Shown: one piece after another, positions 29,154 through 34,901 of the stretch
Layout of the letters: every line of letters begins with the position of its first letter
Position numbering within the stretch: position 1 is the first letter of the stretch
Origin: Candidatus Coatesbacteria bacterium
Lineage (GTDB): Bacteria > RBG-13-66-14
Assembly (NCBI GenBank): GCA_014728185.1
Contig: WJMB01000027.1
Span: 1 to 34,901 of the forward strand
Direction of reading: 5' to 3'
DNA: 34,901 nt
Translations under genes and position numbers: made by a program
The notes under the pieces: model-generated
Told to the model about the DNA's origin: nothing
The model's input: the letters and a program-made list of their open reading frames with translations, nothing else
Databases searched by the model: none

Positions 29154-29412
29154 GGGGGCTGGTAATGGCCTCCACCAAATGCCACCCCGGCTAAACAGCA
29201 ATACAAAACTCAGGGGGCTGGTATTGGGGCTCGTGATCGAGTGCCCATTGTACCGCCCCGGCTAAGCGGCAAAGCATAACTCGGGGGCTGGTAATGGCCT
29301 CCACCAAATGCCACCCCGGCTAAACAGCAATACATAACTCGGGGGCTGGTATTCGAGGGCTGCCAAGAAAGCTCCCGGCCAGCGGCTGCCCGGGTAAATG
29401 CCGTAGTGACTC
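29154..29412 (+). repeat. Tandem array of four ~58-72-nt hairpin-forming units
   Basis: The units start at 29154, 29213, 29283 and 29341, each with GGGGGCTGGTA(A/T)T. Units 1 and 3 are identical apart from one base and a 1-nt length difference at the 3' end (59 vs 58 nt). Units 1-3 share CCCCGGCTAA...GCAA..ACA.AACTC downstream. Unit 4 is degenerate. Confidence 0.8.
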
Positions 29413-29566
29413 GTTCGGTGGGTGGTGTCAGGGGCTCCGGTGTCAACCGAGCCTTTAGCGGCCACCTGTACGCACTCCACCGCCCGCGCATAAGTGATCC
29501 CGACTGCGATCCAATTCCGACCAAGCCCGCAAGCAAAGAAAGCAACCGCAGTCAACGCACTTATTC

Positions 29567-29595
29567 TTGCCCAACCGGCACGCTCCGGTTATAAT
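29567..29595 (+). promoter_or_regulatory. sigma-70-type promoter candidate for tRNA-Ser(GCU)/tRNA-Arg
   Basis: TTGCCC (29567-29572), 17-nt spacer, and a perfect TATAAT (29590-29595), 44 nt before the tRNA. Confidence 0.5.
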
Positions 29596-29638
29596 TCCCC
29601 CGCTTGCGCAGACGTCCTCTCGAAAAGCACCCCACGAC

Positions 29639-29731
<93 letters not shown>

Positions 29732-29744
29732 CCCGCTTCACCTG

Positions 29745-29821
<77 letters not shown>

Positions 29822-29831
29822 TCGCCCTTCC

Positions 29832-29855
29832 AACCGGCCCCAACGGCCGGTTTTT
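29832..29855 (+). terminator. Rho-independent terminator after the tRNA cluster
   Basis: AACCGGCC-CCAAC-GGCCGGTT, with the stem running into TTTTT. Confidence 0.7.
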
Positions 29856-30074
29856 CGCAGCCCCGCGCTGCAGCGTGGGGGATAATCAAACGAGCCTCGA
29901 CCGGGCCGGCTTCCGAATCATCCCGGCCCGCCCACGACGGCCGGTGGTTTTACGAGATCGCCGCGGTTTATCGCCTTACACCCCGCAACGGGTCCTTTTT
30001 TGGTAAGATGGTGTCGTCGAATTCTTTACTGAGCGTTTTCGATAAACGATGAATGATTAACCCGGGAGCCGGAG

Positions 30075-31643
30075 TTGGAGAGCAGCGTATCTGAGAAGGC
30101 CATCGACAGTTGCGAGCCGCGGGTCTCGCTAAGGCGCCTGAGCCTGGTCGTCCTGGCTGTGCTGGTGCTCTACCGCCTCTTCGTCCTGGTGGCGCTGCCG
30201 ACCGATCAACTCATCCGCTACTCCAACGACGACACCTGCTACTATCTGGGCATCGGCCGCAACCTGGCCGCCGGCGAGGGGCTGACCTTCGACGGCCTGC
30301 ACCGGACCAACGGCTTCCATCCCCTCTGGCAGCTCATCAGCACCGCACCTTTCCTGCTCGGCCTGGGAACCGACGCCGCCTGGCGCTTCCTGCTGGCGCT
30401 GACGGTCATCATCTGGGGAGTGGGGCTGTGGTATCTGAGGCGGATCATCCTGCGCCGCTGGGGGCCGGCCGCGGCACTGCTCGCTCTACTTGTCTGCCTC
30501 TGGCCGCAGATTTACAACAACTCCACCTGCGGGATGGAGGTTACGCTGACCTTCACCCTGCTGATGTGCGGTATCGATCTCCTCGAGCGGCGCGGTATCG
30601 GTAAGTTGAACGCTCCGCCAGGGGTCGAGACGGGCCTCGGCGTCCTGCTGGCCCTGGTCTTCCTGAGCCGCCTGGATACGGCCTTCCTGCATCTCGCCGC
30701 CGGTGTCTACTTCCTGCGCGCCTACCTGCGCGGCGGTGCGGCACACGGCAGGGGAATCCGGGACTTCCTCGCCCGGGGGCTGCGCCTGTTCGGTCCGACG
30801 GTCTTGGCTCTGGCCGGTTATCTGGTCTGGAACAAGCTGTCTTTCGGCCACTTCTTCGCCATCTCCGGCGCGTTGAAGAGCTCATTCCCCATCCCTTGTC
30901 TTAACCTCGGTCAGTTCCTGATGTATCGTGAGCTTGGGGTTTTCGCCGTCGCGGCGTTGATCTGGCTGGCGGTACGCCGCCGCTCGAACGAGCCCTGGCT
31001 GCGCATCCTGGCCTGGGGACTGGCGGGCCAATTGCTCTACCTGCTGTTCTTCCTCAAGTGGGCCCCCTTCGCCTACTACCTGATCGCCCTGGGGCTGCCG
31101 GTTGGTTTGTTCGCCCTGGCGGACTTCCAGAAGCGGTTACTGCCCGTCGACGGACGCCTCTACCGTTGGCTGGTCCCACTGGCGACCGCGGTGGTTATCG
31201 CCGGTCAGGTTCTCTCCTGGCACAGGCAGGGCTACGGTTTCCAGCGCGCCACCTACGAGGGCGCTCTGTGGGCGAGGGACAACACTTCAGAAGACGCGGT
31301 TCTGGCGATGCGCGACAGCGGTATCTTCGGCTACTTCTGCGAGCGCTCCTGCATCAACCTCGACGGCCTGGTCAATGATTACGAGTACCAGCGCTGGGTC
31401 TCGGCGGATCGTTTAGGCGATTATTTCGACGAAACCGGAGTCGACTACTTCGTCCACCACGCCCTGCCCACGGAGGACTACGAATCCCGGGAGACGCTGA
31501 GCTTCTACATCCCGGGGCGTCTTTACGGAGGCGAGGCCATCTACGTACTGAGCAATGACGATCTGGTCTTCACCAGCCGGCCCTACCGCTACGGATTCGG
31601 CATGAGCAGCCTGACCCTGGGCATCTGGCGGCTGAGCCAATGA
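30075..31643 (+). CDS. GT-C-fold integral-membrane glycosyltransferase (PMT/ArnT-like), 522 aa
   Basis: It has many hydrophobic segments. The first loop, YSNDDTCYYLGIGRNLAAGEGLTF, resembles the acidic DD/DE first-loop motif of GT39/GT83 enzymes. The C-terminal ~150 aa look soluble. TTG start after GGAG; the start is uncertain. Confidence 0.7.
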   Translation: MESSVSEKAIDSCEPRVSLRRLSLVVLAVLVLYRLFVLVALPTDQLIRYSNDDTCYYLGIGRNLAAGEGLTFDGLHRTNGFHPLWQLISTAPFLLGLGTDAAWRFLLALTVIIWGVGLWYLRRIILRRWGPAAALLALLVCLWPQIYNNSTCGMEVTLTFTLLMCGIDLLERRGIGKLNAPPGVETGLGVLLALVFLSRLDTAFLHLAAGVYFLRAYLRGGAAHGRGIRDFLARGLRLFGPTVLALAGYLVWNKLSFGHFFAISGALKSSFPIPCLNLGQFLMYRELGVFAVAALIWLAVRRRSNEPWLRILAWGLAGQLLYLLFFLKWAPFAYYLIALGLPVGLFALADFQKRLLPVDGRLYRWLVPLATAVVIAGQVLSWHRQGYGFQRATYEGALWARDNTSEDAVLAMRDSGIFGYFCERSCINLDGLVNDYEYQRWVSADRLGDYFDETGVDYFVHHALPTEDYESRETLSFYIPGRLYGGEAIYVLSNDDLVFTSRPYRYGFGMSSLTLGIWRLSQ

Positions 31644-31692
31644 ACCACCACGCGATACAGGCAAGTCCCGTTGACAACAGAAAGGCGAGGCT

Positions 31693-32733
31693 GTGGGTCT
31701 CATCGGAGCTTTTCTAGGGCTGTTCTCCCACGATATCGCCATTGATCTGGGCACGGCCAACACCCTGGTGTATGTGCGCGGCGAGGGCGTGATCATCGAC
31801 GAACCGACGGTGGTCGCCCTGCGGCGAGACACCGGCAGGGTCATCGCCGTGGGCCTGGAAGCCAAGACGATGCTGGGGCGCACGCCGGATTCCATCCAGG
31901 CCCTGCGCCCGATGAAGGACGGCGTGATCGCCAACTACGAGGTCACCGAGCGGATGCTCAAGTATTTCATCTCGAAGAGCCACGGCCGCCGCCGGTTGAT
32001 CCGCCCCCGGACCCTGATCTGCGTGCCCTCGGGCATAACCGAGGTAGAGAAGCGCGCCGTGCGCGACTCCGCCCTCCACGCCGGCGCCCGCGAGGTGATG
32101 ATGGTCTACGAACCGATGGCCGCGGCTATCGGCGCCGACCTGCCCGTCCACGAGCCCGTCGGCAACGTGATCATCGATATCGGCGGCGGGACCACCGAGG
32201 TGGCTGTGATCTCCCTCTCCGGCATCGTCACCAACACCAGCATCCGCATCGGCGGCGACGAGATGGACGCCGCCATCGACAAGTACCTGCGCAAGACCTA
32301 CAATCTCCTCGTCGGTGAGCAGACCGCCGAGAGCATCAAGCTCAAGATAGGCAGCGCCTACCCCGTCGACGGCGAGCAGACCATGATCATCCGCGGCCGC
32401 GACGTCGTCGAGGGGGTGCCGCGGACCCTCGAGATCACCGCCGAGGAGATCCGCCAGGCCATCGCCGAGACCGTGGGCAGCATCGTGCTGGCCGTGCGCC
32501 AGACCCTGGAGCAGACGCCGCCGGAGCTGGCCGCCGACATCGTCGACCGGGGCATCTACATGGCCGGCGGCGGCTCGCTGCTACGCGGTCTGGACCGCCT
32601 GCTCGAGGTGGAAACCGAGCTGACCGTCACCCGGACCGAGAAAGCGCTGACCACCGTCGTCGTCGGGGCCGGCAAGATAATCGACGACGGCGACCGCTAC
32701 CGCAAGGTCGTCATCCGCGGCGAGGACACCTAG
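31693..32733 (+). CDS. mreB: Rod shape-determining protein MreB
   Basis: Carries DIAIDLGTANTLVYVRGEGVIIDEPTVVA...IIDIGGGTTEVAVISL...GIYMAGGGSLLRGLD. GTG start. Confidence 0.96.
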   Translation: MGLIGAFLGLFSHDIAIDLGTANTLVYVRGEGVIIDEPTVVALRRDTGRVIAVGLEAKTMLGRTPDSIQALRPMKDGVIANYEVTERMLKYFISKSHGRRRLIRPRTLICVPSGITEVEKRAVRDSALHAGAREVMMVYEPMAAAIGADLPVHEPVGNVIIDIGGGTTEVAVISLSGIVTNTSIRIGGDEMDAAIDKYLRKTYNLLVGEQTAESIKLKIGSAYPVDGEQTMIIRGRDVVEGVPRTLEITAEEIRQAIAETVGSIVLAVRQTLEQTPPELAADIVDRGIYMAGGGSLLRGLDRLLEVETELTVTRTEKALTTVVVGAGKIIDDGDRYRKVVIRGEDT

Positions 32734-32735
32734 TC

Positions 32736-33494
32736 GTGGCGCCGGCGCGGACCATCGGGCTGGGCGTCACGCTGCTGCTGCTCTCGACGCTGCTGGTCTG
32801 GGCCGACGCCGTCGATCTCGGCTTCGTCGAGACCCTGCGCGCCGAGGCCGCCGGTTGGCGCGACGGTCTGGGCTTCCTCGCCCGGCGCTGCGCCGACTTC
32901 CTTCATGATCGCCGAGCGGCCCTGGAAGGCGGACAGGCCGCCGTCGCCGACGAACTCAGCGCCGGTCTGATCGCGCGTCTCGACGCCGAGAACGCCGAGT
33001 TGCGCGCCCTGCTCGGCCTCAAGCTGCGCAGTCCCTGGCGGCTGGTCACCGCCGAGTACCTGCCCGGTTCGCCGGCCCGTCTCGAGGCCGGCTCCGTCGA
33101 CGGCCTGGCCCCGGGCATGGCCGTGGTCGACGGCCGGGGGCTCATCGGCGTGCTGGGCTCCTGCGGCTCCCACACCAGCGAGGTGCTGGGCTTCGACCGC
33201 CTGGGGCCCCGGGGGGTCCACCTGACCGGCTGCGGTCAGAACGGGGTGCTGGAGCTGATGGACGGCGAGCTTGTCGTCGTCTACCTGGCTGCCGCCCCAC
33301 GCCCCCGCGAGGGCGAGCTGGTGGTCACCAGCGTTCCGGGGCGGCTCCCCGCCGGGATTCCCGTGGGCCGTGTGCTCGAGGTCCGCCACCGGCCCGGCGA
33401 GCTCGAGCTGAGCTGCTCTCTGGGACCGCCGCGCCCCGACGACGAGACCCGGGTGGCCCACGTCGTCGCCCGGACCCCCGAAGCCGCGCCGTGA
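32736..33494 (+). CDS. mreC: Rod shape-determining protein MreC
   Basis: It lies between mreB and mreD. It has an N-terminal TM segment, then ENAELRALLGLK, VVDGRGLIGVLGS and GIPVGRVLEV, motifs typical of MreC. Confidence 0.85.
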   Translation: MAPARTIGLGVTLLLLSTLLVWADAVDLGFVETLRAEAAGWRDGLGFLARRCADFLHDRRAALEGGQAAVADELSAGLIARLDAENAELRALLGLKLRSPWRLVTAEYLPGSPARLEAGSVDGLAPGMAVVDGRGLIGVLGSCGSHTSEVLGFDRLGPRGVHLTGCGQNGVLELMDGELVVVYLAAAPRPREGELVVTSVPGRLPAGIPVGRVLEVRHRPGELELSCSLGPPRPDDETRVAHVVARTPEAAP

Positions 33495-33970
33495 AGCGGC
33501 TGTTCCCCATCCTCGGCGCCCTCGTCGTCGACCGCCTGCTCTTCGCCTTCTGGCCGGAGTGGACGCTGCTGCGCCCCGACCTGGTCAGCCTGGCCGTGGT
33601 TTACAGCGCCCTGGCCTGGAGCCCGAGCCTGGTCCTGCCCGCCGCCTGGACCGCCGGACTGCTGGTCGACTTCAGCGGCTGGGGACCCCTGGGCGCCCAT
33701 AGCGGCGGCCTGACCCTGGTCGCCCTGGTCCTGCTGGTCCGGCGCGATTCCTTCTACCCCCGCAGCCCGCTGATCCGGGTGGTCTCGAGCCTGGGCGCCG
33801 TGCTGCTGGTTGACGGCCTGGGCTGGGCGCTGGCCGAGTTCGGCGGCTCGCCGCCGCCGCCGGGGGGTTGGTCCCTGATCAGCGCCGCGTTGCTCAGCGC
33901 CGCCCTGGCCCCGCCGCTGTTCCACCTCTGGGACCGCCTGCTGGGCACCAGCTACGAGGGCGGGGATTAA
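33491..33970 (+). CDS. mreD: Rod shape-determining protein MreD
   Basis: 159-aa polytopic hydrophobic protein. The GTGA overlap with the mreC stop gives the canonical mreBCD order. Confidence 0.8.
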   Translation: MKRLFPILGALVVDRLLFAFWPEWTLLRPDLVSLAVVYSALAWSPSLVLPAAWTAGLLVDFSGWGPLGAHSGGLTLVALVLLVRRDSFYPRSPLIRVVSSLGAVLLVDGLGWALAEFGGSPPPPGGWSLISAALLSAALAPPLFHLWDRLLGTSYEGGD

Positions 33971-34120
33971 GCGAGGGTGCGACTACTTGATTGAACGGCG
34001 CACGGTGCGGGTGGTATTTGCGAAGCGCGCTGGAACGTCATTTCCTGGAAATGGAATCACCCCTGCGAAGATACCGCCAAATGAGGGATTTCTCGGCACG
34101 CCGCCTCGTAAATGGCAGCG

Positions 34121-34434
34121 GGGATTATCACATTGCACCGGACCGACCTCGAAAAGACTGAGCTGCGAATAGGAGAGGTTCTTGATGTTTGCTCCGCGCA
34201 AGGCGTCAACTCGTGGAGACGGCCGGCTGTAACAAGTGGTTAGTCCTGCTAAAGCTGCCTCAAGCCTTTCCCGCACTTTCAACCTGCATGTCGTCCAGCC
34301 GGACCGACAGGTTACCGGCATCCTTCAACATTCTCACACATGATAAGTGAGTCGGGGTTTACCGCCGCGAATCGACTGGGATGAGCATGGCGGTAAACTG
34401 GGCCAGGGCCTGTCCAGGTACGAGTGATAATCCC
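34121..34434. repeat. Inverted pair of the 11-mer GGGATTATCAC / GTGATAATCCC, about 300 bp apart
   Basis: 34121-34131 GGGATTATCAC and 34424-34434 GTGATAATCCC are perfect reverse complements. Related copies are GTGATTATCAC (34674-34684) and GATTATCAC (34794-34802). Confidence 0.5.
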
Positions 34435-34709
34435 GTTGAAACAGCGGTGGAGAGAACTGTGGCGAGTATACCCATCGCATTCAGCCTTGCTGATTACGTT
34501 GGCAATTGGTCAAGTGGCAACGGGCTGATTGACGGGCCGCACTCTACGGGCCGAGCGGCCCTTGGCTGACTGCATCAGCCTCGTCTCGACGAGGCTTGCT
34601 CGGGCTCCGCGACACGGCGGCGGCCGATTGATCCGGGCAACACGCAACCAACGGCGTCTATTGGAAAGCGTTAGTGATTATCACACGTGCCTGAACGGGT
34701 ATGTGACAC

Positions 34710-34725
34710 TAATATCATGATATTA
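34710..34725. promoter_or_regulatory. Perfect 16-bp AT-rich palindrome TAATATCATGATATTA (operator or recombination-site candidate)
   Basis: It is self-complementary over 16 bp, flanked by near-symmetric CAC / GTG. It lies in the low-GC, ORF-free tail about 95 nt upstream of an ATG-initiated ORF that runs off the window. Confidence 0.3.
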
Positions 34726-34901
34726 CGTGCCATATAGCTGTGCAAGCTGCCACTGTTTTAGCGTTGCCTGGTGGCGGAAAACCAGACTTGCTCGATTATC
34801 ACGCTGAGAGTCGGGAAGCCATGACTCCTGATTCGCATCCCCGGCTTACCAGGTGGAATGAGGCTAGCTGCAGTCAAAAAGCTGCTTTAGCTGATATGAT
34901 A

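Noticed and set aside
29179-29265. A small ORF (MPPRLNSNTKLRGLVLGLVIECPLYRPG) running through repeat units 1-2, as a possible tandem peptide precursor.
   Set aside because: The equivalent ATG in unit 3 (29307) hits a stop after 9 codons. The reading frame is therefore not conserved between identical units, and there is no Shine-Dalgarno sequence.
29154-29412. A CRISPR array, as one reading of the repeat units between the tRNAs.
   Set aside because: The would-be spacers share conserved blocks (CCCCGGCTAA and the tail), and two of them are identical. The constant part is only about 13-20 nt, no cas genes are present, and the units fold as whole hairpins.
31670-31675. TTGACA just upstream of mreB as a promoter -35 element.
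   Set aside because: It lies only about 18 nt before the GTG start. There is no room for a -10 element, a transcription start and a Shine-Dalgarno sequence.
33977-33981. GTGCG right after the mreD stop, read as a group II intron 5' splice site.
   Set aside because: Five bases are not evidence. No domain V/VI or reverse-transcriptase ORF is visible in the window. The distance to the next ATG ORF (about 845 nt) is long for an intron-encoded protein. The region also carries DNA-type palindromes. It is kept only as something for cmscan to exclude.
34123-34131. GATTATCAC read as a DnaA box or a Fur box.
   Set aside because: The DnaA consensus TTATNCACA is one base longer between TTAT and CACA. 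The Fur 7-1-7 site (TGATAAT-N-ATTATCA) is not reconstituted, and only a GATAAT-like half appears.
33983-34321. The 112-aa minus-strand ORF and the 61-aa plus-strand ORF (33987..34172) in the low-GC tail.
   Set aside because: Neither has a Shine-Dalgarno sequence or a recognisable motif. The sequences look irregular (C/R/S/T-rich), and the two overlap each other. At about 50 percent GC, ORFs of this size arise by chance.

Overview
This is a GC-rich bacterial chromosomal window, roughly two-thirds G+C by eye. About 23 kb of it (6.5-29 kb, + strand) is the conserved ribosomal-protein supercluster in canonical order. The order is rpsL-rpsG-fusA-tuf, then S10 operon (rpsJ to rpsQ), spc operon (rplN to rplO, secY, adk, map, infA, rpmJ), and alpha operon (rpsM-rpsK-rpsD-rpoA-rplQ). 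It is followed by three tRNA genes: Ser-UGA, Ser-GCU and Arg-ACG.

Upstream (1-6.1 kb) lie:
- a Cys-rich DUF3795-like gene
- a PhzF-family isomerase
- purM
- a PQQ-like beta-propeller lipoprotein (- strand)
- a ferritin/rubrerythrin-like gene
- a small HExxH membrane protein (- strand)

Downstream (30-34 kb) lie a GT-C-type (PMT/ArnT-like) integral-membrane glycosyltransferase and mreB-mreC-mreD.

No defence, mobile or toxin gene system is visible. Every unexplained signal is non-coding.
1. A ~180-bp nested palindromic element occurs twice (1477-1660 and 5052-5234). Each inner arm is an exact sigma-54 -24/-12 core (TGGCACG-N4-TTGC), the two sites face each other, and the differences between copies are compensatory.
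2. Four tandem ~60-70-nt hairpin units start one base after tRNA-Ser(UGA) (29154-29412).
3. Several spacers inside the r-protein cluster are unusually long, above all 774 nt between rpsG and fusA.
4. Directly after mreD there is an abrupt drop in G+C. The last ~930 nt have no credible ORF and carry a recurring GATTATCAC motif and a 16-bp AT-only palindrome.

All calls rest on reading the sequence and ORF track. No database search or folding program was run.
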